A stretch of DNA of 64,000 bases, counting the filler, from Jimgerdemannia flammicorona (Eukaryota), in assembly GCA_003990765.1 (NCBI GenBank). It is 3 parts of 3 records of this genome, joined end to end, with 100 filler letters (N's around TTAATTAATTAA, not from the genome) between each part and the next. Parts side by side here need not be neighbours in the genome. Positions count along the whole stretch, not along the records: positions 43,165 to 64,000 come from RBNJ01001581.1; 2 more parts are not named here. One strand, written 5' to 3'. Below are positions 47,610 through 61,571 of the stretch, piece after piece. The position numbers were made by a program, and so were the translations under genes. The notes under the pieces are model-generated. The model had not been told where the DNA came from. It did not search any database and worked only from the letters and a program-made list of their open reading frames with translations. The first letter of the stretch is position 1; each line of letters starts with the position of its first letter.

Positions 47610-50600
47610 TGAGTGCGTGTAATGCGGGAGCGTGTAATGCGAAATCCTAATTGGCCATCGAAATTATGGCGAACGCCCTCTTGGCAATGAGGGCGGTTTT
47701 TTAACGCCGGCGAACAAGACCACCTAAAAAGGAAAAAAGGCTAACTAGGGCATACGTATTCTGGTTGCATGTAGCTTGCTTACAATCGGGATAAAGAAAT
47801 GAGGTGAACGCTGAACCAACGCTCTAAACATTTTGGACTTTATTTAGCGGAGAAACAAATTGTATTCTCAGACTCGGAAATGGGTTAGATTTTTGCATCG
47901 CTTTGTCAGGGGGTATTCCCACGCAGAATCATAAAGCGGTGGCGTTCTTAATTGTGTTTTCTGTTAGAAATAAAAAGTAAAAAATAAAAACAAAAATAAA
48001 AATGGATTTCGGTTTGACCGAAGTGCCCCCCACCAAAGAAAAAGAAACTCAATTTCTTCAAAAGTAAACGGAAATTCTCATCACTTACCCATTTGTTAAC
48101 GCACGTGACCTGTGCATTTGTTTACAACGATTTGCTAGGTATTTATGAATCTTTTATTATTTTGACCGTTGTTCTGACGCATCGAATTAGATGAACTGAC
48201 GAACGGCCTATGCATTCAGGTCTGCTTTGAACAATGCATATGAGGGTGGCAAAGGCAACCCGAACTCAACGATGTTCATCGCGCCGATGACCCAAGCGAT
48301 CGGGATTGGTATTTACTGAGCCAGTCATGTTTGCTAATAGTGTTGCAGAAAAACCGATGGGGAAAGTTTTCCAAATTTCAATTGGGTTTAGTTCAAGAAA
48401 ATTAATGGATGAAACCTGGCGCTAGGGTAAACACTGATTTCGGGACGCGCCGGTTCCGTTACCCTGCAACCAATTCCTTCGTTGTTGAAAGCTTAGTGTG
48501 ACCTGATTATGTCATACAAGGTCCAGACCGTCAGGAATCTTATATACGATCAAGACACCTGCGTTACATTCGGCGGGTTTTTGCGATTGAAGCGAAAAAG
48601 GAAGAACAACAAACTTTCGATGGTACGAGGTGTTGTCAGCAGGTCACGTGACATCGGCTCCTTCGATGGGTCGATGGGATCATGGGAGATGAGGAAAGGC
48701 GCCACCATGAGATGATTTTACAATAGTCATTAAAAGGTTCCCGGAGATCACGGAAGTAACCTTAAGGTTGAACCGCGAGCACGCTTCCGAGCGAAATATA
48801 CCGTCGTATCCAAATTATGTAAATTATGTTGTACCTTGAAGCACAGACGATCCCATATCACAACCATCGCCCCGTGCTCCTTTACTAAAACTCGTTGATT
48901 TTGTTGATATCCCGTCAAAAATACGGTTATCCCATCTATCTTGATCTGGCGACAAACGTGGATTGCGGTCATGTTGATGGATGGCTAAAAAAACTCCATT
49001 TTGGTCCCACAAATTACACGGAGATTTGATAATCAAAAATAGGAAATAATAATAAAAATAAAAAAATGGAATAGGACCGAAAAAAGGGGGAAAGAGGCCG
49101 GAGGGTTACTGATTGGGATTGGGGCTGAGAAGATACAGTAAACCGTACCCGTAAAATAAAGATAAGGAAAAACAATAGGAACCAATGTTCATTCAAGCAC
49201 TGTATTGCATATGCACTATGGATACTCTGATCAGGCCCATCAAACCTTGTGGACTAAAAAATCAAATGCTAGCCCTATCGCCGTCGCATGTGGTCAGGCA
49301 GTCAAGCTCCCGATCCCCTTTTTCTCCGTGCGCGAAGCGCACATCCTCCATCACCATCCTCACCCGTGACAGGCCCACACTGCCCCATGTCTATGGTTTC
49401 GCGAAGCCTCAAATTACTCCATTGTCCCACCTCTGCTAGCGGCTTCCATCCAACTTACGAAACAGCACAACCCCACAGCTCCGTCTTCCGAGTTCAACGG
49501 TCAACACCTCCACACAATCGCACTCGATTGGCCCAGTTTATGTCACACAGTGACCCGGGTTGCTTTCACAGACGGTACTTTGGAGTTGTGCTTTTGAAAT
49601 AATAGTGCATGTGATGTGGCTTCCGCGGTATCCCCACTTCCAAAGAAGAGAACCCGAGGCTTCCAACTGTAAAAAAAGAAAATTATTTTTATGAGGTCAT
49701 AACAAACCTCAAAATGTATATAATGTATACATACCCGTTACACTCTCGCTGCTTGAGGTGAAGTCATTCATCACCATAAAAAGTTACTTTATTAGCTGAA
49801 GTCTTGCATGATTCAGCATTGCAAGTTTTTCAAATTTGACTACCGTCAAGTGTGGCGAATTCGGGAATCTTACAACCGAAAACCATCACAACTTCGTGTG
49901 ACTGGTCAACTCGAATCTGCGTGCTTGTCTGGTTGCCTCTGACGCAATATGAAGGGATATGGTAATCTAGATAAATATTATGAAATACTTCAAGGAATAA
50001 ATAGATAAAATAAATAAATAAATAAAATAAGTGAAAATAAAACAAGGAGTATCTCATCCATCTTATCCTGCCTAATTATTTTCGTCGTCCCCTCCTGGAC
50101 AAGATATGAGCCGAATTCACTTCAAAGTTAAACTATTTACGTTTGGAACGCCTCCCCCACATGCCACGACCCTTTTCATCGCAAACCCAGGGCATTAGCA
50201 CTGGTACTGTTTCCCGATGACATGAACGTTCACATATAGTAATACTTCTCGAGCACGATGCTCGGAATTAATAGATTGATGGGCGTCGCGTCTGCGCAGC
50301 GTCTTCCGGTTCGTCGCGACGTAGGTGACCTGGCCCGGGTGCACGTCAAAGGTGCCCAGGTCAGCAATGACGGGATGAAGCATCACGGTAGAATTTTGCT
50401 GGTTGTGATTTAAGTCCTCGTTATAATGGCGTCAGGGAAGAGGGCGTTTTGTTTGGGGCTGTCTCGCTAAAATCAGTGACGTAGGGGATGTAGGGCGCTG
50501 ACTGATGACCCCGCGTCATCTCCTAATTTGGTTTTGGTGATTTGAGTGACGTGGAGGAACACAGGTAAATTTTGTGCCGTTGTCGATCCTTAGATGCACG

Positions 50601-52706
50601 AGCCGTTCCACGCGCGGAGAACCCTCACTTGGGGTAACGTTACCAATATCTATCAAGCGTTAGAGCAAGTCCCTAGCAATCCGCCAACCTGGCTTCATGC
50701 GTGATTTGACGTCAGGAAATGCTGACAATGTTGCAGACGTCTTCCGCCATCGAGGGTCCCTTGGCGCCATGCAATACAACGGATTATGTAATGGAATATG
50801 ATGATCGCCCATCCGATATTGGGCATGCGCGATGAGAACGGTTGATAGAAGATAAAATTTGGAGAGGAGTTCTACGAATGGACATGGAAAATTGAGTATT
50901 TAGTGGTGCGATTTGACGTCAAAACCCGCTCGGCGGCGTGCTCTGTTCTTTTCGCAAGGTTATCAAAAATTGCTCTAAACGACCATTTGTAGACAAACCC
51001 CACAAATAGTCAAGGCTGCCAAACAAATCTGTCATCAGTACGGATAAACTTTCCTCCTTTGTATCCTCCGTTGACGCCCTGAGATGCCGGGGATTTCCAT
51101 ATACTTGTCGGAAGTCACAATTAGGAGTGGGGAATCGGAAATATCAAACATGTGGATTTGGCCTGTCGAAGGTTGCCGATCCCAACGTGCAAAAAATTTC
51201 ACTCGTCACAATGAGATTTAATTTGGGTCTCGGACCCCAATGTCCATGATCGAGCGTGCTACCTACTTCCCTTTATGTCTCTTGCTTTCTCTGTCTTCAA
51301 CGTTCGATATATGCATGGAACTTTACTGTACACCCTTGACCTACCCTTGAGCCCCTGATCGCACACGACACAGCAGGTCTATGGAAACTAAGTACACGGC
51401 ATTCATTTCTTTAGGATTTATTTAGAGTTGGGGTGCCAGGTTTTGGGCATCGACCTGGTTGGCTTCGTCCCGATAGATAGCCGTTGGGCGGCCCGCTTAC
51501 TTACATTCCTGAACTGGACGGGCGCACGACGCACGGGTTCCATATTTGGCGCCTGCCAGCGTGTAGCTATATCAGATCTTCCGCGCTTGTGCCAAGGGTC
51601 TGGGGGACTGAAGGTTACGGCGCTGCCCCATCTATGCGCGCAGAGGAAGCCGACAGATGGTGTAGGTGGTCCATATCGGTGCTCAGATCATGATGCGCCC
51701 ACGTGATGTACATCCAGAATGGAAATGACGTCATGAGGTGGGGTGAAGGAACGGTTAGCAGTAGGTGTCAAGTGTGTGTGCTAGGGCCGCTTGGGGCATG
51801 AGAGTAACGTGGCGATTCATTGTTTCAAACTGGGCCAGGCTTGATTTGGCGACGTTAGTCTTTTTGGGAATGGGCGTGGAGGTGGTCGCCCATGGGGTCG
51901 CATTGAGTGAGCAAGTCTTTTCCCCATTAGAGGCCGAAAAGATCCTTAATTGTGGATTTGCATGGTTCTTAGCTAGCACTTTTTTCGATTCATGGCCAAC
52001 CAGACGATCTAAACTAACCAATGTTATATCTCACTTTCATCACAGACGCCATATTTGTGCAATAGGCTGAAACCAAAACGCACTTTTATTTGCACACAAT
52101 ACGTGCTTGAAGCTTCAGGTCCCAGATCTGCTTCATTTATACATATGACCGTATCCCTGCTTACGAAAGACGCCACCATTTATTAGGCGTAGGACAGCGG
52201 AGTGACGTGCCGGATACCCTTTCCATTGAACGAAGAGTTGTCGCAGTTCTCCTGCAAGCTTACAACATGCATGATGAAGTGCCATATTTCTTTGCATTAC
52301 GAAATCCGGGCCGATAACAAAAACGCCAATCGACTTTTGGGACGAAATGTTTTCCAAATCGGTGATGAGAGATGAAGACTGTGCTAATTTTCTCGCATAT
52401 TGTCTAGGCATCGCAATCACGTCAAAGTGGCACCGACCGCGAGGTACGCCCTCCTAAATCGGGAGGTAGGGCGATCGACTATAAGGTTAAAGTTTTAAAG
52501 TTCATTTCATTCATGTGATCTTTTTGGGTCATGATATTACAATGACATCACCCTTTTCGGAAGGGGCGGCGAGTGGTGGTGTTTGGCCTACTCGAAGATT
52601 TACACAAATATATATACGAACCCCCCTTTGCATCGGAAAACCTCATCCGAACGAAATTATAGAATATTCCATTGAGTATCTGTTATTTCTCCTGATCTCT
52701 ACATTG

Positions 52707-55113
52707 ATGGCAACCCCTCGCCTCCGCACTCAGTCCACGCCATCCCCAACAGGGTTTGCTCCCAAGAACCTCCTGCTGGATATCAATCTCGACATTCTTT
52801 ACAGTATCATCAAATGCATGGACAACAAGACCCTTGCTGCCCTCTCCCAGACCAATCATTTCTTCCATAATCAGTGCCGAAAATCTACCGCTTTTGCCAA
52901 GGCCATTTGGAGACCCCTTCCACTCGTTGACGACACCCGCACACCTCCCGTCTTCAACCCGCGCGGCGGCGTCCTGATCGGTGCCCGATTTTACCTTCCC
53001 TTTATGACCACGCGCCCGACCTGTTACGTGCTCGACCTTGTCACATCGCGCTGGGATTGCTACAATATCGAGGTCGAGAACGACCCCACCTACCAGCCGT
53101 TCGTCACCTCCGCCGTCGCCATTCACGGCATCATATACATGTTCGGTGGTCGTCAGCTGCAGACCTACCAGCTCTCCAATGCGCTCTATACGCTCAATAT
53201 TACAAGCTGGAAGTTGCGCAAGGTACAAGACGCGGGCGGCTCGGTGCCGAGACCAAGGCACGAGCATTCGGTTGACGTCGTCCACAATCGGTACTTGGCC
53301 ATCTTTGGCGGGTTATGCCATCACTCTGTCGGTAAGTGCTGAAATGTGACGCTCAGTTGACCAAACCTGCTAGTTGAGGTTTTTGGGAGTGAAAAATTTC
53401 ACTCGGGTCTTGTTAGGGTTGGTTCTTCCCCAGTAAGTACTTTGCTATGACGCGACCTATGGCCGCCAATGCAGGGGGAAGACTTGGGCGTTCGTCAAGA
53501 TAGCTGATCTGCACAGTTCAGAATTCCACCACCACCAATAAGGTTTAACTCAAAGCTAAAATAAAAATTATTGTATGGCGTCTCCTATCTAGGCGAAAAT
53601 GATCTCTTTTTGTACGATGCCCAGCACAACATGTGGCTTGAGCCGTCGATTACAGGGTAAATATGCCAAAAATAAGATGGGGATCCCTTCCCCGCCCTAT
53701 GTAATGTTTAAAACTCATTTTATTATTTTGATGTTTGCCTCGCTATTTTGCAGCCGGGTTCCTCACGTGCGTTTCGGTCACAGTTCCACCGTCATCGGTT
53801 CGGACCTCTACATTTTTGGCGGCTCGCAGATTGAGAACGACGTCAACGTCGTTTACGATGACCTTCACCGTCTCGACTGCGGCTCATGGGTCTGGCACAA
53901 GTACGATCCACCGGAGGCCTACCGCTACCGCAGGATGTCACCGCCGTCCGAGTTCCTGGACCCCGACGTCGACATGGGGTCGCCCATCGAGCCCATGCGA
54001 GTTCAATGCCTGATCCCAACAACGGGCCAGCAACCGCGCGAACGGTTCCAATCCGGTATGTGCGCGGTGCGTAACAAACTCATCATATTTGGCGGTCACA
54101 CTATCATCTCCGATAGTGACGACAACGCCGAACCCTTCGATTACTCGTTACGCGCCCTCGACGTCTTCTGTACCGTCCGCAACCACTGGACCAAAGTGCG
54201 CGGCCGCGTACACAGGACCGACGCCGTCTACCCGCAGGACATGTGCTTCGGCGTCGCCGAGGGCATCCCGCTCTCGCTTCCCAGTCAACGCGGACACTGC
54301 ATTATCGTCGTCGGCCAGCAGAAGGTTTCCCGAAAGTCTGGTAGCACTGGAAGTAGCAACCGTCCGGCGCAACTGCGTTTGTCCGAGTCGTCATCACCTC
54401 CCAGGGAGCACTCGGGCCTACCCCTTAGTCCAACGTTCGCCAACCGCAACGATGCTAATACCGGGCAAAATGTCCTGCAGAAGGTTGCGCAGTCGTCCCC
54501 CACGTTCGGGAACATGCGGATCCACAACACCATCACCGAACAGGACCGACAGTCCCCGACAAAGGAAAACTTCAACCCATCCATCGATTCGGCCTCCAGC
54601 TACGCAGACCATGGGTCTCTTCACAAACGCTTAGTGTCCCCGGCCTCAATCCCAGCAACTTTGTCCACCCATCCCCTCGTCCAGGCGACTCCATTCAATT
54701 CCACGGTTGATCAGCACCGCGACACAAAACAGCCTGCCAACACACCGCCCTCGAATCGTCACGATTCCATTCATGTACAGTTCGCGAGCGTCGCAGACGG
54801 GAAGCACACGGCACCCAGCGACACCTTCTACCCGGCTCCGCATAAGGCGGGATTCCCGTCCGACGAGGAGGTGGAAATGATCGCCGCGGATAGGACCGGC
54901 GTTTTTGAGAGCCCCTCTTCCTCGCAGCGCGAAAACCTCTCCTCTTCCAGCACCAGGGCTACCCTCAACTCGGGCAGCACTGGTCGTAGCACCTCTTCGT
55001 CTGGGTCAGCACCTGATCATTGGTTCTGCAAGGATACCCGCCATTTCTCCCTTGCCCCCTTCCGCATGATGCTCGTGCTCGATGGCGATAGCGATGGCGA
55101 GAGGTTTAAGTAG
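52707..55113 (+). CDS. F-box and Kelch-repeat protein with Ser/Pro-rich C-terminus (3 exons)
   Basis: LLDINLDILYSIIKCMDNKTLAALSQTN (F-box-like); Kelch repeats IYMFGG, PRPRHEHS..IFGG, RFGHSS..YIFGG, RFQSGM..IFGG; introns near 53332-53592 and 53657-53753. Confidence 0.88.
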
Positions 55114-58100
55114 AGTGCAGGACGGGATGTAGTACCGAAACAAAAAAAAAAGACACGTCTCGAATAGATGTATATATGGCAACATTGTTTTAAAAAAATA
55201 TGTTTCTCTTTTACTCTCTCTTATGCTTTAATCTCACTATTATTATTCATGCACCATACTTGTACCTCACTTTTGGCCCTTCCAATGACTTTGCCTTTTT
55301 GTTAATCAGGTTGAGAATTGTATATACATAGCCATACAATTCTTCATGCAGGACAATTGTGCGTCGCGCGTACTTGTCGTTATATTATTATATCATATAT
55401 GAATCTGTTCTTTCCTTCTCTTGCTTTAAATATACCTTTTGCACTTTATTGTCGTTATTCTTCTTTTTTTTTTTTTTTTTTTTTTTTTTTTCTTGTTTCT
55501 TTCGCTCGAGCCATACCTTCTTTCCACATTTCGGAAGTCAATCCCGATAGTAATAAATCACATAAATATGTGTACGATTCTGACCGGTATATATCTCCCA
55601 CAAAAGCCTTGCGACCATGATTTCATGAAATTACATGGCACGAGTTTGTCACAATAGCGCCTTTTTCATAAATTGCAAAAAGGTGGACATGAAATATAAA
55701 CTGCGAAGAGCACAGAGTGCTGACCATGCCAAATGAAGACCTTTTCCCTGATGACATCAGCGACGATCCTTGTTCTTTTTGTTACAATGCAAGTAGATAA
55801 GTTTTTTTTTTGCCAATGAGGTCATTAAAATATAGTATACGGGTGGTCTCACTTCTGATATGGTAGGGGTAATGGCTGTAACACGTCGGGCCGTATTGTC
55901 TTTGAAAATCTTGGAAACACGAGCATCGCGCGCCTTTGTTACTGATGGAAAACTACCTATGAATCGTGCGACCATCTCCACTCGTTGACATACCCAAATG
56001 CCGCTCGTTCCGCCTCCGCCAGGCAAACAAGGTTTTCACGATGTACAAGTGCGACTTTGGACCGCGGCTGCTTATTGGTAGTAGGGCAGGCGGCTCGCGT
56101 GTGGGAGGGATCCGCATCCTTTTGTATCACCGACCGCCCAATCTTTTAGGCCTGGAACAGCCGCTACGAATCGCACGAGGCTCGGAAACTTACGATCCCC
56201 CCTCCCTTCCTCCCCTTCTCCCCCAACGGTGTTTTCCCTTCGTGCGCACGGCGGGTGGCTCCTCGTTCTTTGTCTCGATGTGATGGCGACAGTTTGATTT
56301 GTCACTGGCTGTGCATATCGACGTTGCTCTGTCGAGTCACTCGAGGCGCTGTTGCATACTAGTGCGCTAATAGGTATGTTCCTCACCCCTCTGATCCACA
56401 AAAATGCCTCGACAAAAGCTAGTTAGCCAATCACCTCGGACGATGCATCGCCTATGCCATCGGATAGGTCTTCCCGCCTCTTTTTCCGCCCAACAGCTGA
56501 TTGGTAACGCCTAGGAGCGAGGCGTGAGTCTCAACTATGTCCATGCAGTAAAACCTGTTATTTTAATTTTAATTTAATTTAATTTATTATATTATATTAT
56601 ATTATATTATATTATTTATATTGCTTTGTATTTATTTTTGAGCTTAAGTTGGATTTGGATATGTTACTTGACGGGATGAAGTTGGGGAGGTCGCTTACCG
56701 TGGGCTGTTGCTATGACGGCAGAAGTGTTTGGAAGGTAGAGGCTGTTAGTCGCGGGACTCTCTCGTGTTCGAAGGCAGTTCACAACATCCCGTCAGTCAG
56801 TGGGTGACTGCAAAAAGATAATGCCGATAAGCTTTGTCGGGAACATAATCACCAACCCTAACACCATCAAACTGCCGCATGTCATACACATTTGCCTCCG
56901 TCGCCAACGAATCAGAACTCCGACGGCAAAGCGGTCCCAAGTTCACTAAAAAAAAAAAGCTTTCTATTGCCGCTAGAGCGTTACCCCAATCAGCATCTAC
57001 ACCATTGTCCAGATCTCATCACTTGCTGTACGAATCCATTTTTAGTTGAGATATTCCATTTATTGAAAACCTCCACGCACTGATGGCGATAGATAATCTG
57101 GCGTTCGACTGTCGGATTGTGAAAGGATTGAGAAGCCGGTCGCGTTGGTCGTACCAGTTAATTCTACGGAACTAAAACTTAGAGAAGCAAACCCAATCTT
57201 TGGTCGATTAGCATGGCAGGGTTATAATAGGTTTTTTGAAAGTAACACGCCGTGGGCTTTTATGTACGATTAGTTGCTATTTCTAACAACAACTGGGCTG
57301 TTTTACAGTGTATATAACTTTGGTTTCAGTCCCTGGTTCCAGTTACTGTTGTTCTTGCATATATAAAGTTTCGGCGCGCGTATGTGACCTGTACGTTCTT
57401 TTAGCTCAAATAACTCACTTTGTGTTTTTTTCTTTTCTTTTCCAAGTCTCTACTGTTCTTGGTTCGTTGGATGGCCTTCAGCCCAATCCAATTGCCAAGA
57501 TCAATATTGAAAAATTATTTCCGGAAAGGAAATGTTCGAATTACATTTTCTAGGCTCGCTAAGTCCGGGACGTGCACGGGCGAGTCGGGCGCCATCCCCT
57601 CCAAAAGTCGCCAAGACGTTCACTTAGGACGTGAGTCTTTTTTTATTTTATTTTTTGGCGGCTATTTGTTTGAGTGCCATTTGCATTTAGTGTCGTCTCT
57701 CATCCGGCGCCGAAAGCGGCCTTAGACTGTACTTGTTCTGGACCGTCGACAAGGGCAGCCACACGCTGTCAGGATCACGTCTGTCACGCCTGGTGACTTT
57801 TGATGGTCTAGATTTTCAGCATTCTATCCCCGCCCCTATGGACCAACCCGACTCACGTGGCAAAATTTGTCAGAGTGTATGATTTTCTTTTTTTAATCAA
57901 TCGGGCTTTGAACAAATCAATGACATCCCGCACTATCCACCTTCAAACCCTTCCCGCTCTACGGCTGGCGTCTCTTATCCGTTAGTCAGCAAACAGTAGG
58001 ACGTGACATACTCAAGTTTGTGTCGCGAAAAATAAATTGGGAATCCGTCGCGCGATTCGAGGTGGGGAGGTCCGTATGAAATTTAATGACATGTGGATGG

Positions 58101-59210
58101 CGCGAGGCTCGAACGTGGCTTTGTGCTATACAGATTGGGTCGGCAATGTCATGACAGTGATCCAAGTACCCGCGCCGTTCATTAGGAAGACGACGGGGTT
58201 TCAAAACAAAGCAAAAAAAAAAAAAAAAAAAAAAACAATCATCGCGCTGGTTTGCCTGAAAACGTGGCCGACGATTTGTCGGCAGCAGGGACCGTGTGTA
58301 CCCTCTTGGGACACTTAAACGACGAGAGACAATTAGACACAAGAATGCAGCGTATGCATGCATTCATTTCCCGACGGTGACCTTTTGTTGATTGCCCAAT
58401 CTCAAATTTTCCATTCCCGACGTCCGTTTCCAGGCAAATACCTAAATTTGTAGACCGATATACACATATATACGCGAATGGAAAAAACATTCCTGGTTCT
58501 GCTTTCATACGCACAAAATACTCGTCATACTCGAACAGTGACGTTGCGAAATGAAACTCCAGAACAGCTTCATGTTTCATCCTGAACTCGACTCAGCGTT
58601 CCTGCCGTCGTATGAACGATATGTCTCAATCTTTCCTTGTGGGATTGATACGGCCTGGGACATGTCCACAAGTAGGCATATATATATGACTGATCGTCGG
58701 AGTGGACAAGATTGGGAAATTGGATGGGGCTTAGATCATTCATTAAGTGATCACACACAAACAACAATGTGATCTACCCTCCCGACAGATTGTGGTTTCC
58801 CTCTGCGGCTGTCCTTCGGAGATGAGCCTGTTTTCGCAAGTGAGGCCGGCCGTGTTTGGCAGCTGTGTCAGCAAGTCCGAGGTTTGATGGCCGGCTGCGT
58901 CCTTTTTGGGCCTGATCTCCTGTGTCCTTTAAAAGGGGCTACAGTTTAGTGTTCAGCTTACCTGCCAGGGGTCACCAGGCCAGACGACGTCCATCGTTGC
59001 ACTCGGTATTTATTTTTATCACAGGCGCAGTTGACGCCATTCAATGAAAAGGGTCAACATTTCCACCGAGTCTGCTTTTTGTTGTTGTCAACGCTTCCGG
59101 TCTTTTACCTGCCCCTACGAACGACTTTCCCGGTGGGGCCCTACGAACGACTTTCCCGGTGTGTTGGGGTTTATTTTTCCTCAACCAGTTAAAAACTCCT
59201 TCCCCCCACC

Positions 59211-60923
59211 ATGGCCACAACCACCACCACCCTAATTCCGCTCACTCAACAACACCAATACCTCCGCGCCTCCTCCCCCGTCCTCCGCACTCATTCCGCA
59301 CCGCAAATGTTTAACTCCCGGCGCCCGGTCTTCCCGGCGCCAAACACCCGCGCTCACGTCCCGGACGACCTCGATCGCATCCAGCAACAGCATGACATGC
59401 TCTTCGATGCTGATGAGTCGGCCGATATCGTTATGAGGGCTGCGTATAAAAAGGATCCGCGCGTGTCGCGACCATCAACACCGACAAAAAAGGATCCGCG
59501 CGCATCGCGGCCATCGACACCGACAAAGAAGGATTCGCGCGCGTCGCGACCATCGACACCGACAAAGAAGGACCCGTTCACAGCAATGATGGACCCATTT
59601 CCGCCCAATAAGGTCACGGACGACTCCTCGCCGGCACCACCGCAGCTGATTCAGAATTCCAGATCTACGGGAATCAAGTCTCTACTCAAGAAGAGAAAGT
59701 CGAACGTCAATATACCGGCGATCCAACTCATCGGGTCCGCGAGGCGACACTCAAACGACATTGACCACCCGCTCCACAGGGACACAACTCCCGAAAGGCC
59801 ATCGGAGCGTGACCGGGAACGCGACCACACTAGTTCCTCCCCTGCAGCAATCCCCAACTACGCAGCGAGCCTACCCCGTCTGTCAGCCTCCTCCTCAATC
59901 ACAACCGTCTCCACAGGTCCCCTCACGCCGCGCTCGCCGCGCTCGCCGCGCTCGCCGCGCTCACTGCCACCCACGCCGCGCTCACCACCAACCACGCCGC
60001 GCTCACCACCACCCACGCCGCACTCACCGCCACCCACGCCGCGCTCCCCGCCACCCACACCACACACACCACACACTCCACACACCCCACACACCCCACA
60101 CACCCCACACACCCCACACACCCCACACACCCCACACACCTCACACACCCCACACACCCCACACACCCCACCGCCCCGTACAAGGAGCCAAAAACCCAAA
60201 CCCAACCCCGAACCCGCGCCATTCAAAGAGTGGAGCTACGACGAGTTACCTCAAAACGTCAAGAAGAAGTTCCTCTCCCCGGACGAGCGCATGCAGCTCG
60301 ATGAGCCTGACGCACCGCTCATTGACATACACTACGTATGTGGTCCGATCCCGTATTTGCGTCCAAAGACCGCGACGGCTACTTTCAAATTCGTACGTCC
60401 GCCAGCGGCAAGGAACAGCAACCACGACCACGTCCATACTCCACCGCAGCCGCCAAAACCGCAGCCAGTTCCCGCTCCCGTCACGACCGTCGATAAGGCG
60501 CACAGGGCCCGGTTCTACGACGACGTGGTCGTCCGACACATGATCCGCGCCTATATCTCCTCGTACGACCGGTTTGACGAGATGATTAAACATGGGTTTC
60601 CCGTCATCGAAGAAGACGACTGTCAAAGCACGACACCCTCTCCCACAGCCGAGCGCAGGCCCGCTACCAGGCTCGCCAGGAGGAGACCGACCGCGCAAAG
60701 GTGCATGACCCTCAGGGTTACCTTGACCCCGTGGCATTGTCGCGCGGACGATTGTGAGATTTATGGCGTGGTGGGGGCGCGGCGGGAAACGGCGAGATTG
60801 GATGATGATAGGAGGAGGACTGGGTTAGATTGCAAAGTCGCGGAGGTGGAGACCCTGGCGAGTAGGGAGTTGGAATGGGAGCCTAGAATTTATGAGGGGG
60901 ATGATGGTAGGTCATGGATTTGA
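59211..60923 (+). CDS. Pro/Ser/Thr/His-rich protein of an uncharacterised fungal family (570 aa, single exon)
   Basis: Long ORF. Motifs LPQNVKKKFLSPDER, IRAYISSYDRFDEMIKHGFP and MTLRVTLTP..RADD.EIYG resemble, from memory, an uncharacterised fungal family (LP..V.R..FS.EE / FDEA.EFGFP / MTLRMTLT). Confidence 0.8.
   Translation: MATTTTTLIPLTQQHQYLRASSPVLRTHSAPQMFNSRRPVFPAPNTRAHVPDDLDRIQQQHDMLFDADESADIVMRAAYKKDPRVSRPSTPTKKDPRASRPSTPTKKDSRASRPSTPTKKDPFTAMMDPFPPNKVTDDSSPAPPQLIQNSRSTGIKSLLKKRKSNVNIPAIQLIGSARRHSNDIDHPLHRDTTPERPSERDRERDHTSSSPAAIPNYAASLPRLSASSSITTVSTGPLTPRSPRSPRSPRSLPPTPRSPPTTPRSPPPTPHSPPPTPRSPPPTPHTPHTPHTPHTPHTPHTPHTPHTPHTSHTPHTPHTPPPRTRSQKPKPNPEPAPFKEWSYDELPQNVKKKFLSPDERMQLDEPDAPLIDIHYVCGPIPYLRPKTATATFKFVRPPAARNSNHDHVHTPPQPPKPQPVPAPVTTVDKAHRARFYDDVVVRHMIRAYISSYDRFDEMIKHGFPVIEEDDCQSTTPSPTAERRPATRLARRRPTAQRCMTLRVTLTPWHCRADDCEIYGVVGARRETARLDDDRRRTGLDCKVAEVETLASRELEWEPRIYEGDDGRSWI
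59925..60175 (+). repeat. Coding repeats (PRS)3, (PPTPRS)5, (HTP)~13; also a 39-nt KKDPRASRPSTPT x3 at 59448-59572
   Basis: Visible 9-nt cacacccca units and 21-nt units. Confidence 0.92.
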
Positions 60924-61500
60924 TCTCGGGCGGCGGGGTATTGTAATGGGATGTATGTTGCTTGTGTATAATTGATTACTTTTCGCTTGTATATCTTTCT
61001 ACTTCTATTACCTTAGTTCCACTTATTACTTTTTCTTTTTCTTCGGGGTTGAGAGCGATCTCTTTTAGTACGCACACGGATCGTTACTCCTGGGGCAGGT
61101 CTCTGGCCGAGTTCCGACTCACTGCACTGTAAAAAATTATCCATTATAATCCTGGCCACTATCTGTATAAAATTACGCTCGGTTTCCACAATCTTATAAC
61201 TCTGCTCGTGTCCATTTATTTTTCTTTGTTGTGTTTGTTTCGGAGGGAAATCGTCTCTTACGTCCTCCCCAAAAAACGGCGTCGCGATGACGAAATTGTT
61301 TGTTTTGTTCGCTGTAATGGTAAGTGTTTGAGAGGTCGAACAGACCCAAATTGGGTATGTCGCGCGAGCTCTGGGGGGAATGGCGCGACTTTAGACTCAG
61401 AGCGATGGTGGATGGATGCGTGGCTATGTAGGTATGGGACGGCTGCGGAGTTGGGGGTTCGTCCACGTGTGTCGCATGGAAGAAGAGGCGATTTTCAGGA

Positions 61501-61571
61501 TGGCGTGGCACGTCGAAGGGACAGTTTTTATTTTTTGGCGTGGCACGTCGAAGGGACAGTTTTTATTTTTG
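61501..61571. repeat. Tandem duplication of ~35 bp (TGGCGTGGCACGTCGAAGGGACAGTTTTTATTTTT)
   Basis: Two adjacent identical units. Confidence 0.9.

Noticed and set aside
51765..52070. Hydrophobic ORF suggestive of a channel segment
   Set aside because: No supporting exons or motifs; could not be assigned.
59858..60226. (GVC)n / (VGC)n Cys-rich minus-strand ORFs resembling metallothionein
   Set aside because: Reverse complement of the (HTP)n repeat within the plus-strand gene.
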